DNA of 64,000 bases, taken from Nitrospinaceae bacterium (GTDB taxonomy: Bacteria; Nitrospinota; Nitrospinia; Nitrospinales; Nitrospinaceae). Position 1 is the stretch's first letter; every line of letters starts with the position of its first letter. The notes under the pieces were generated by a model, which worked only from the letters and a program-made list of their open reading frames with translations, was not told the DNA's origin and made no database searches. Below are positions 47,179 to 57,991 of this stretch, one piece after another. The translations under genes and the position numbers were made by a program. The DNA lies in NCBI GenBank assembly GCA_965237905.1, contig OZ250172.1, forward strand, positions 160,001 to 224,000. The letters run 5' to 3'.

Positions 47179-49743
47179 ATGGCTCGAAAACTCCGCTACC
47201 CTTTTATTGAAATGCTGACAGTGTATCAAAAACCTGCGGGATATGGCGTCCTGATACTACTACTCCTGATAGGCGGATGGGGTTGCCAAAGTGCATCCAG
47301 CACTCCCGGCAAGCGCAAGGCAACAATCGCACAGCGCTTCGAGAAACCGGCCACTCCCGCTAAACCTGAGGTCACCGCTGAACAACCGGTCGAGAAACCG
47401 GCCACTCCCGCCGAACCTGAGGTCACAGCCGAGCAACCGGTCGAGAAACCTACCCCTGAGAAACGCAAGGCAACGATCGCACAGCGCTTCGAGAAACCGG
47501 CCGCTCCCGTCGAACCTGAAGTCACAGCAGAGCAACCGGTCAAGAAGCCGATTATCACCGTTTCTCCGGAAATCAGCACTCCCAAATCCCAATTGGATCT
47601 CGAATTCGCCATCGAACAATTCAAAGCCAATCAATTTGAGGTGGCGGAGTACTATCTCAAAAAATCATTGATGGCATCGCCTGACAATCCCAAGACCATC
47701 CGCTTCCTGCCCTGGGCTTATTTTTTTCAAAAGCGATACGACAAAGCCCTTATCTCATTCGAAAGTGCCCGCACCCATTTCCCAAAAGAAGCGGAACCGT
47801 TAATCGGAATGGGATGGTCCTATGTCGCGATGAAATTTTATGAGCGGGCCCTGGAAAAATTCAAGCAGGCCGAGGCCCTGTCACCCGATGCGTATGAAGT
47901 CCACAAAGGCCTTGGCTTTTGCAGTCTCTTCCTCGCCAGGGAGAAAACCGCGCAGTTTCATTTCAAGAAAATTTATGTGTTCGGGGAGCGGGACGATCTC
48001 GAAGACCAGTGGGAGCAATGGCATCAAGGCTTGCCCGACAAACCGGTGGAGGTGGCTCCTTCACACATTCGCACTGCATCCTTGTTCACCCTGGATATCG
48101 AAGCGCCCCGTTACCGGAGCATGCTGGCGGTGTTTCCGGATTCTCAACCGGAACATTACCCGGCACTGGAAGAAGCCTGGCGCCTTTACCGCAAAAAACT
48201 TTTCAAAAGAGCCTGGACCGCTTTTCAAAGTCTGCCCCAGAAAATCGCTGACACTCTGGACGCCCGCAACGGGTTGGCCTGGAGTCTCCTAAAAACCGGG
48301 AACCTGATCGAAGCGGAAAAAACATTTAATGAGACCTGGAAACAACGCGGCCGGTTCATCGGAACCCGGGTGGGAATTCTCGAAGTTAAGAAAAGTCTCC
48401 GGGCCAAGGCCTCGGTGGCCAACCATTATTTTGATATCCACAAATACCGCATCGCTGAGAAAAAGTTTGCACAACTGAATCAGAGTTATCCGGACTGGTC
48501 CTATCCCTACAGTGCCTTGGGCTGGATCGCACTGAAGCGCGGCCAGGAGGATACAGCCCTGAAGCGGTTCGAAACCGCTTTGGACAAGGACCCCAGGGAT
48601 CCCACCGCGCTGGAGGGCATGCGTCATTTAAGAGGAACGCTGGTTTCCAAACTGTATCAGGCCGACCAGAAGATGAGAAAGGGAGACTATAAGAACGCCT
48701 CCTACCTGTACTTCGATTATGTTCAGGAACACCAGCCCAACCCCACCATGACGTTTGCGCTGGCCAAGGCCTACAGCGGTCTGGGATTCAGCCAGATCGG
48801 GAAAATGCAATACAAGCTGGCCATCCAGAATTTCGAAAAGATACGGGTGCGGGAGGAATATGAATCGCACTGGACCAAGGGATTAGGAATGGCGTACTAC
48901 CACCTCGGACAGTATGAAGAGGCGGCTAAAAATTTAATCGTCGCCGATGCCCTCAGACCCAACAAGAAGGAAATCATTTACAAACTCGATTGGAGCATTT
49001 TGAGAAGTTGGGACACGGATATCGCCAAGGAATATTTCCTGGCCAAAGCCCGGCGCAAACCTCTCAGAGCTTCTGTTTACATGGCGATCGGGTGGATCGA
49101 ATATCAACACGGCGATCCCGACTTGGGAGTCGAATATTTTTTGAAGGCGATCTCGCTCGATCCCGAAATCGCGGCGTCGGAGGATTTTAAAAGCATCCTG
49201 GCCAAAGAACGGTTCGGATGGCAGGTCTACAACCATATCGGCTGGGCGTATTACCATCGCAACAATTTCGAGAACTCCATCAAGATGTTCAACACCGCTC
49301 TGGCGTCCCAGTCGCGATCCTCGGAAGCCATGAAAGGTTTGGGGTACAACTTTTACAAGATGAAGCAATGGCAAGAAGCGGAGGCCCATCTCAAAAGAAG
49401 TCTCAAGCGGAATCCCAACACCCATCCGGTCACTGAAAAAAACCGCGGCAACGAACCCGGCTCAAACATCAATATCGTGACCAGCGCCCGCACCAAACTG
49501 GCTCGCACCCTGCTCCAGCAGAAAAAGTACAAGGAAGCACTGGAACATTGGCTGGAAGCCTTGAATCAACATGCGGACTGGCCGGAGGTGCACGACGGAC
49601 TGGGATGGACTTATCTGAAACTCAACCGGCTGGCGGAATCCCGGGAAGCCTTCAATCAAGCTATCCGGCATCAACCCCTCAACCCGTTAAGCCACAAAGG
49701 GCTGAATGAGGTCAAATACCGCCTAGCCTTGAAAAGTTTGTAA
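47179..49743 (+). CDS. large TPR-repeat lipoprotein with Pro/Glu-rich repeat linker
   Basis: Lipobox-like GWGC and many TPRs with an (L/I)GW motif. Confidence 0.85.
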   Translation: MARKLRYPFIEMLTVYQKPAGYGVLILLLLIGGWGCQSASSTPGKRKATIAQRFEKPATPAKPEVTAEQPVEKPATPAEPEVTAEQPVEKPTPEKRKATIAQRFEKPAAPVEPEVTAEQPVKKPIITVSPEISTPKSQLDLEFAIEQFKANQFEVAEYYLKKSLMASPDNPKTIRFLPWAYFFQKRYDKALISFESARTHFPKEAEPLIGMGWSYVAMKFYERALEKFKQAEALSPDAYEVHKGLGFCSLFLAREKTAQFHFKKIYVFGERDDLEDQWEQWHQGLPDKPVEVAPSHIRTASLFTLDIEAPRYRSMLAVFPDSQPEHYPALEEAWRLYRKKLFKRAWTAFQSLPQKIADTLDARNGLAWSLLKTGNLIEAEKTFNETWKQRGRFIGTRVGILEVKKSLRAKASVANHYFDIHKYRIAEKKFAQLNQSYPDWSYPYSALGWIALKRGQEDTALKRFETALDKDPRDPTALEGMRHLRGTLVSKLYQADQKMRKGDYKNASYLYFDYVQEHQPNPTMTFALAKAYSGLGFSQIGKMQYKLAIQNFEKIRVREEYESHWTKGLGMAYYHLGQYEEAAKNLIVADALRPNKKEIIYKLDWSILRSWDTDIAKEYFLAKARRKPLRASVYMAIGWIEYQHGDPDLGVEYFLKAISLDPEIAASEDFKSILAKERFGWQVYNHIGWAYYHRNNFENSIKMFNTALASQSRSSEAMKGLGYNFYKMKQWQEAEAHLKRSLKRNPNTHPVTEKNRGNEPGSNINIVTSARTKLARTLLQQKKYKEALEHWLEALNQHADWPEVHDGLGWTYLKLNRLAESREAFNQAIRHQPLNPLSHKGLNEVKYRLALKSL
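47311..47541 (+). repeat. intragenic nested direct repeats (30-bp unit x2, 51-bp unit x3)
   Basis: A units at 47311-47340 and 47461-47490 (KRKATIAQRF); B units at 47341-47391, 47392-47442 and 47491-47541 (EKPAtPaePEVTAEQPV). Confidence 0.9.
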
Positions 49744-49768
49744 TAAACTGCGGATTTTATTGGGAATC

Positions 49769-49799
49769 TGTGAATTGATTGTGAATTACCTGTGGATAA
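49769..49799. promoter_or_regulatory. cluster of DnaA-box-like 9-mers
   Basis: Perfect TGTGGATAA at 49791, with TGTGAATTA at 49780 and TGTGAATTG at 49769; 11-bp spacing, same orientation. Confidence 0.5.
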
Positions 49800-49844
49800 A
49801 GTTCGCGGAAACCCCCTAAGCCTCAAGAAATCAGAATAATTGCG

Positions 49845-49873
49845 TTGACAACCCGGGGCAATTGGAATACAGT
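49845..49873 (+). promoter_or_regulatory. sigma70-type promoter with no downstream plus-strand gene
   Basis: TTGACA-N17-TACAGT between convergent genes. Confidence 0.55.
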
Positions 49874-49878
49874 AATCG

Positions 49879-49992
49879 CTTCCAATACAAGCGTTCAATA
49901 CATTTGGGGGAGGAAGGGGGACCTTTCCTTTTTCGCCGATCAGCGAAGAATCATGGAGTGGAGGCAATCTGCTCCATGATCCCTTATATTTC
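49879..49992 (+). ncRNA. candidate structured small RNA (family not recognised)
   Basis: Three consecutive hairpins (49911-49929, 49932-49947, 49950-49980) downstream of the orphan promoter; boundaries approximate. Confidence 0.35.
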
Positions 49993-50020
49993 CTGCGCTA
50001 AGCCCTGCCTTCGTCCTTCT

Positions 50021-51988
<1,968 letters not shown>

Positions 51989-52006
51989 GAAGAAAACTCC
52001 TCTTAT

Positions 52007-52429
52007 TTATGGTGAGCGTACCACCCTCGCGGCCTCGGTCAGGGTCCATAACCCGTCAGGTTGCTCAAACTCCCCGTCCCGCAATTTCAAAACCCAGGTG
52101 CGCATGCGTCCGTCCACCTGTTTCGCGATCATCGAAAATCCGCAGCCACTGGCAAATTTATCGCTGATGTGAATGGTCTTGCCGAATTTGTCGGTCTGCA
52201 AAAAAAATTCATTATACAAAGACAGCATTTCATCTTTGGTGGGTAATCTCCAATCGTCATACCCCGCGAACTTGTTTTCCTTAAGCTCGCGTGCGTAATC
52301 CACGGATTCCTGGTAATTGACCCATTTTTTCAGATCGATCATGGTATCCGTTTTTTTCCACATCAATCCCGTTTCGCGGTCGGTTACCGTTTCGTCGCCA
52401 TTATCTACAAAGCGTTCCTGTTCGGTCAT
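52007..52429 (-). CDS. DUF1566 (Lcl C-terminal) domain protein
   Basis: DNGDETVTDRETGLMW...AGYDDWRLPTKDEM. Confidence 0.85.
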   Translation of the reverse strand: MTEQERFVDNGDETVTDRETGLMWKKTDTMIDLKKWVNYQESVDYARELKENKFAGYDDWRLPTKDEMLSLYNEFFLQTDKFGKTIHISDKFASGCGFSMIAKQVDGRMRTWVLKLRDGEFEQPDGLWTLTEAARVVRSP

Positions 52430-52554
52430 AAAGTCATCGCCTGATTCTTGTAAAACCCCCGGGATTTTGAAACTGACGGTAGAGAATATCATTATAAAAT
52501 CGTCAATTCAAAAGTTCTTCCCATTTTCGGACATTTATGAAATAAAATTGATCC

Positions 52555-52965
52555 ATGGCTACGAACCCGACGGAACTGCCTCCATTGAAAATCCTATTGA
52601 ACCAACTGGACTGGAACCTGCAGTGGCTCCAGCAGATGGAAAAGAACGAGCCAACGGATTATTACCGGGATGCCGCGCTCCAGCGTTTTGAGTTCACTTT
52701 CAACACAGCGGTGAAATGTATCCAGGCCGGCGCCCTGAAACAGAATATAACCTGTGAGTCGCCGGAGGAGTGCTTTGCGCTGGCGGAGCGCGTGGAGTGG
52801 CTGCCGGAGGGAGCGGCGTGGAAAAACATGCTCCAAGACCACGAAAACATGAAACTGGAGTCTGCCTCTACAAGCGCCGATGCTGTTTTCGCCAACCTAA
52901 AAAATTACCGCGAACAACTTAAAACCTTGTTCGACCGGCTGTCGGAATTCGAACCAAACTCATAA
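52555..52965 (+). CDS. HI0074-like nucleotidyltransferase substrate-binding (HEPN-fold) protein, degenerate
   Basis: RDAALQRFEFTF and SPEECFALA motifs; the C-terminal RNxxxH motif is absent. Confidence 0.75.
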   Translation: MATNPTELPPLKILLNQLDWNLQWLQQMEKNEPTDYYRDAALQRFEFTFNTAVKCIQAGALKQNITCESPEECFALAERVEWLPEGAAWKNMLQDHENMKLESASTSADAVFANLKNYREQLKTLFDRLSEFEPNS

Positions 52966-53517
52966 TTGGCTTTTGAGGGATTCAAACGCCTGCCTGCGAT
53001 GAGACCTGGCGTTTTTTTCTTCCGGGCTCATTTCGGCGTAGGTCCGGGTTTCGCCGTCGGGGATGAAAATCACATCCCACCCGAAACCCTGACTGCCTCG
53101 AATTTCGCGGGCGATGGTTCCCGCCACCCGGCCCTCCCCGATGATCCTCGTTTTGCCGTCGTACAGTGCGGTCCAACAGACAGCCTCGGCCTGGCGGTTT
53201 TCGAACGGTTCCAGCATTTTCAGCATACCTTCGCACCCGACACTCTTTTCGAACCATTTGACCAGAGCGCCCGGCAGACCGTTCCAGGCGGTAAAGATCA
53301 ACCCCGAATCCTCCACCAGGACCGGGCACTTGAATTCACCCCAGGCTTCAGTGACTTTGTGTTCGACCAGTTGGCGGATATCGTTGGTTTGGATTTCGTG
53401 CAGGTGATCGGCCACCCCCTGTTCCATCTCGATCCCAAGGATTTCTTGAGCCTCGCGCAGTTTGTTGGGATTGCCGGTAACAAACTTCAATTGCGTCCAG
53501 ATGGGATGATGCTTCAT
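52960..53517 (-). CDS. rdgB: non-canonical purine NTP pyrophosphatase (RdgB/Ham1)
   Basis: VTGNPNK, EDSGL, GLPG, FGWD, EKNARSHR. Confidence 0.92.
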   Translation of the reverse strand: MKHHPIWTQLKFVTGNPNKLREAQEILGIEMEQGVADHLHEIQTNDIRQLVEHKVTEAWGEFKCPVLVEDSGLIFTAWNGLPGALVKWFEKSVGCEGMLKMLEPFENRQAEAVCWTALYDGKTRIIGEGRVAGTIAREIRGSQGFGWDVIFIPDGETRTYAEMSPEEKNARSHRRQAFESLKSQL

Positions 53518-53622
53518 AATACCTGGCTAGTCTCGGATGCGGTTCGCCGGCGGCCTGCTTGCCGAAACCCGGTTCGTGTGATATAAATTTGGCCTTTAAT
53601 TTCCAACGAATCCATTACCCAA

Positions 53623-54404
53623 ATGAATCCAATCCTACAGCGACCGTGGCTCTGGCTGATTATCATAGCCCTTTGTGCCAGCGGATGCACCCGCATCTTT
53701 GAAAACGACCACGACGCACAGGCCCGGCAAGCGTTACAGGACCTGATGGCGATCCAGGACCAGTTCCATAAAGAAAACAAACGCTACGCTAAAAATCTCA
53801 TTGAAATCGATAGGTACAATTTAAAATATCACAATGGGATCGTTTATCTCGAAATCGAATCGGCAGGTAAGAACAAATACCGGGCCATCTCCCTGCCGGC
53901 AGAATCCTCCACCGCGCGCGTGTTCGCCTACGACACCAGCCACGGCGGGTATTATGAGATGGGCGAGGAGGAAGTGGCGCAATACGTTCTGGGCGCTCTG
54001 AACCATATCCGCAAAGAACAAAGAGAGAAAGCAACTTTCGATTATTTGTCGGCGGGGATGCTGATCTGTCTTTTCTGTTCGGCACCCGCATGCTTACCCG
54101 GTACAAGGAACCCAGAACGGGCTGGGTGTGGTGGCCTTATTTCCTATGCCTGGCACCCCTCAGCCTGGCCGTGGCCGGGCTCAACCACATCGACAAGGAA
54201 ACTTCCTTCTCCACCGAACTATTGATCTTGATGGGTACGGGGTTTGGGGTGTCTGTACTTTGCCTCATACTCGCCGGCATTGGAATAACCAAAATCCCAG
54301 CCAAAGGCGAATACCATATACTCCAGGGCATCGCCATCTGCACCATTTTCATAGGCCTGTTCAGCGGGGTGATTCTGGCCCAATCCTACTTCAACTACTC
54401 ATAG
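53623..54404 (+). pseudogene. pilin-like globular domain + multi-TM membrane protein split by a frameshift near 54070
   Basis: ORFs 53623-54225 and 54090-54404 join into a continuous hydrophobic sequence (...MLICLF-LFGTRMLTRYKEP...) if one T is added to the run at 54071-54074. Confidence 0.6.
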
Positions 54405-54547
54405 ACTAAAGGGAATGCGCTGTATTTTAAAGAAAGTTGATGACGAGAGAGAGCCCCCCCCAGACGCCCTGGTCGATGACAGTCAAATCCTCGCTTGTTT
54501 TGTAACGGGAATCGCCGGATAATGGCCCCTCAAGGAGCAATTCGCCA

Positions 54548-55591
54548 ATGATCAATTTGATAGGTTATCCGGAAGAAAAATTAAAACAGTTGTTTGCCGA
54601 CTGGGAGGTGCCCACCTACCGGATCCAGCAGGTGTTCAGCTGGGTTTACCTTCATCGCGTATGGCAGTTCGAGGAAATGACCAATCTTTCCAAGGACCTG
54701 AGAGCCCGCTTGGCGGAGCATTTTGTCATCGCGCTACCCCGGATTGCGGCCAAAACCCATTCGCAGGACGGCTCCATCAAATACCTGTTTGAGCTGGATA
54801 ATGGGTTGCAGGTCGAAAGCGTCTGGATGCCGGACGAGACGCGGAAAACCCTGTGCATCTCCAGCCAGGTCGGTTGCCGGCTGGCCTGCTCTTTTTGCCT
54901 GACCGCCACCCTGGGATTGAAAAGTAACCTGACTGCGGGGGAAATTATCGGACAGATCCTGGCCGTGAATAATGACCTGCCGGAGGAAGACCAAGTCACC
55001 AACGTCGTGATGATGGGGATGGGTGAACCCCTGGATAATTATGAAGAGGTATGCGAGGCCTTGCGATTGATGGCCTCCCCGCACGCAATGCGTATATCCA
55101 ACCGCAAGATCACTTTGTCCACCTCGGGACTGGTTGACCGCATCCAGCAGTTTGCGCAGGAAAACATTCACGTCAACCTGGCCATCTCACTCAACGCCAC
55201 GGAAGACGCCACACGCGACCAGATCATGCCTATCAATAAAAAATACCCCATTAAAACACTCATGGGTTGCCTGAAGAAATATCCCTTAAAACCCACCCGC
55301 CGCATTACTTTTGAGTATGTACTTTTGAAAGATATTAACGATTCCGATGAAGATGCAGTGCGCCTGGGCAAGTTGTTGAGCGGGGTCCGATGCAAAATCA
55401 ACCTCATTCCATTCAATGGCTATGACGGCTCGCCCTACCAGCCCCCATCGGAGGAACGCATCAAATCTTTTCAAAACTATTTGATCCAAAAAAAATTCTC
55501 CGCCTTTATCCGTAAGAACCGGGGAACGGATATTTTGGGCGCGTGCGGCCAACTGGCGGCCCAGACGATGACGGGCTCTCCGGTTCAATGA
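54548..55591 (+). CDS. rlmN: 23S rRNA/tRNA m2A methyltransferase RlmN
   Basis: CISSQVGCRLACSFC, MGMGEP, RRITFEY, INLIPFN, GACGQL. Confidence 0.96.
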   Translation: MINLIGYPEEKLKQLFADWEVPTYRIQQVFSWVYLHRVWQFEEMTNLSKDLRARLAEHFVIALPRIAAKTHSQDGSIKYLFELDNGLQVESVWMPDETRKTLCISSQVGCRLACSFCLTATLGLKSNLTAGEIIGQILAVNNDLPEEDQVTNVVMMGMGEPLDNYEEVCEALRLMASPHAMRISNRKITLSTSGLVDRIQQFAQENIHVNLAISLNATEDATRDQIMPINKKYPIKTLMGCLKKYPLKPTRRITFEYVLLKDINDSDEDAVRLGKLLSGVRCKINLIPFNGYDGSPYQPPSEERIKSFQNYLIQKKFSAFIRKNRGTDILGACGQLAAQTMTGSPVQ

Positions 55592-55867
55592 TTATTTCCA
55601 ACTATTCTCACCCTTTATTCTTGAAGCGAAACCGTCCTTTTCATACCCTTAAATTCCACTTTTTATCAAGGTTTGGAGAACGCGTTATTGTATGTATTTA
55701 CAGCATTTATAATTCCCTTGACTTTAAAAAACCCCTATGATATTTCTCTAACCTTTTTGAAGGAAGTGTTAATTTTCCCCCTGGCGCAACTGAGCCGATT
55801 CATCAAAAAAATTAGAAGTTTCGCAATTTAATTTATTCTCTGACCTTTTAACTCCAGGAACTCTGCG

Positions 55868-57964
55868 ATGCCCCCAAGCAACGTCTCAGAGCAAAAATCC
55901 TTTTCATTCAAACTGATTCTTCTGGCACTGGTGGTGTACGGCCTGGCTCACCTGAGTCCGGCTCTGCCCTGGGTTTCCTCTTCCTCATTTTTAAATGCCT
56001 TGGGACCCCAAACCGTCCAGGCTGAAGAAGAAGATGAGGAGGAAGAAGATGAGGAAGACGAAGAAGAGGAAGAAGAAGGCGATGGAGAAGAAACTGCTGA
56101 GGGCGAAGAAGGCGCCGAGGAAGAAGATACTTCGTATCTTACCGATATAGGTCCCGCCCAAGAAATCATAAACGAGCCGTACACGTTCCCCGGATTGGGC
56201 AATCGAAAAGCGACCTGGGGAGCGGCGCAACTGCACATCCTGTTCGCCTCCTTTATTCTGGGTTGCCCCATGTTCGTGGTCATCATGGAGGTGATGGGCG
56301 CACGTAGAACCCAGGGAGTCCGCAAAGCGGTTATTCTCGCCAATGTGTTCATGGGTGTTCTGACCGGCGTCATCATCGGCATCATTGGTGAAATCATTGT
56401 CGACATTCATCATGGCGTGCTGTACGGGTTGTGGGCCTGCGCTTTCGCCACTCTGATCGTCAGTTTCCTGAACTATTTCCACGTCTGCATGAACACTAAA
56501 GTATCGTCTGTCGTGGGCGCACTGGTTGGAACTTTCTTTGCCTATCTTCTGGTTCCGATAGACCATACCACTGCTCCCGCCATCATTTTGGCGCTTGTGA
56601 ATGGCGCGGTAGGTGGTTTCCTGTCCACCGCCATCATGTTTGCCGAAGCGGATTACAAGTTTGAACGCCTTGCGCATGAAATCACCAAGGTCATCGGTTT
56701 CTGTTATAGCTTCACCGCATTGACGGGCGGGTTGTTCCTGTTCATCATGATGGTGGCCTACAAGGATTTTATCTCCTATCTGGTCACCGCCTATCCCATC
56801 CTGTTCATGATCGGGTACCCCACCCTGTTTATATTGGAAACCATTGTCCTGTATATTTACGTTTATTCGTGGGACCCATTAAACAAATCCAATAAAAAGG
56901 GACGGCACATCGTTCTGGGCGTCATTTTGAATATCCTGGGACTGTCGTTGTTGTGTGCGCTGGATGGACCGGCCACCTTCATGCAGACACCTCCCAAACC
57001 GTATGACGCGCTGTTTACCACGATGACCGAGTGGGACCGCATTGCGACCATGACGTGGATGCCGCTCAATTACCACCGTCTGGTGGGCAACGGCACCTTC
57101 GGCGGGTTCATGGTGGGGGTCATTTCCGCTTACATGTATCTCTGGTCCAAGGATCCCAAGGAAAAAGAATATTACGACTGGGTCGGTTACATGGGGAACT
57201 TTATTGGCGTGCTGTTCATGATTCCCCTACCGGCGATGGGCTACATCTTTGTCCGCGAAATTTACCAGTACGACGCCACCATCGGCATGTACATCATGTC
57301 CGATCGCGAGTCGATGTTCATGCTGGTGCAGGGTCTATTGATCGGCACCATGTTTGCGGCCAGTAATATTTATATGTGGGTGAGCATGAAGCGCATCGAA
57401 AATGCCCACCGGTTTTTCCCGGCGATGAAACTGGGCTTCATCCTGATTGTCATTGCGGCGACCATCTGGTTCACCCCGCGGCGGTTCTTCGCCACCATGC
57501 TCCCGGAACCGGGGATGAATCCCGACATGGTGTTGCCGGACAACCTGGCATTTCTGGCACTCATGGTCTCTAAAAATACCGCCGCGTTCGCTCTGGTGAC
57601 GGTGACGCTTATTAATTATATTTTCTATACGATTTCGACTCGAACCGGGAAAATATCCTGGGGGAAAATCAATCCCCTCGGTCCCTATATTCTCATTTTC
57701 ATGGGATTCACCGATATCTGGCTGATGAGTTGGATGGGCACCATCCGTGAGTTGTCCCGGATGAACTGGCATATTTATAAAGTGTTCAAGGATGTCACCC
57801 CGGGAAAATACGCGCCTTCGCTGGCGGAATCGGGTGTGTTCGTGACCGGCGTGGTGTGGACATTCTTTATTGTCATGACCCTGATTATCTGGCTGGGCAT
57901 CAAATATCCAAAAACCAAGAAAGCTGAGGAAGCCCCTGCGGCGGCACCTCAAATGGCTGAATAG
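55868..57964 (+). CDS. cytochrome bd-like (CydA-related) oxidase subunit
   Basis: LHILFASFILG (CydA His19-like), ATFMQTP, LNYHRLVG, SWMGTIRE, many TM helices, N-terminal acidic tract; no cydB next to it. Confidence 0.75.
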   Translation: MPPSNVSEQKSFSFKLILLALVVYGLAHLSPALPWVSSSSFLNALGPQTVQAEEEDEEEEDEEDEEEEEEGDGEETAEGEEGAEEEDTSYLTDIGPAQEIINEPYTFPGLGNRKATWGAAQLHILFASFILGCPMFVVIMEVMGARRTQGVRKAVILANVFMGVLTGVIIGIIGEIIVDIHHGVLYGLWACAFATLIVSFLNYFHVCMNTKVSSVVGALVGTFFAYLLVPIDHTTAPAIILALVNGAVGGFLSTAIMFAEADYKFERLAHEITKVIGFCYSFTALTGGLFLFIMMVAYKDFISYLVTAYPILFMIGYPTLFILETIVLYIYVYSWDPLNKSNKKGRHIVLGVILNILGLSLLCALDGPATFMQTPPKPYDALFTTMTEWDRIATMTWMPLNYHRLVGNGTFGGFMVGVISAYMYLWSKDPKEKEYYDWVGYMGNFIGVLFMIPLPAMGYIFVREIYQYDATIGMYIMSDRESMFMLVQGLLIGTMFAASNIYMWVSMKRIENAHRFFPAMKLGFILIVIAATIWFTPRRFFATMLPEPGMNPDMVLPDNLAFLALMVSKNTAAFALVTVTLINYIFYTISTRTGKISWGKINPLGPYILIFMGFTDIWLMSWMGTIRELSRMNWHIYKVFKDVTPGKYAPSLAESGVFVTGVVWTFFIVMTLIIWLGIKYPKTKKAEEAPAAAPQMAE
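56023..56128 (+). repeat. low-complexity GAA/GAG/GAT tract encoding poly-Glu/Asp
   Basis: EEEDEEEEDEEDEEEEEEGDGEETAEGEEGAEEED. Confidence 0.9.
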
Positions 57965-57991
57965 CTTTTCTCAACTACTTCTGGATCGATT

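Noticed and set aside
47311..47541. Repeats as a CRISPR array
   Set aside because: They are in-frame coding repeats with no unique spacers and no cas genes.
49744..50020. Chromosomal replication origin
   Set aside because: Only one perfect DnaA box, no clear AT-rich unwinding element, and no dnaA/dnaN/gidA context; kept only as a regulatory candidate.
54440..54462. (GA)n plus C8 run upstream of rlmN as a phase-variation tract
   Set aside because: The tracts are short and not clearly within a promoter spacer, and rlmN is an unlikely phase-variable gene.
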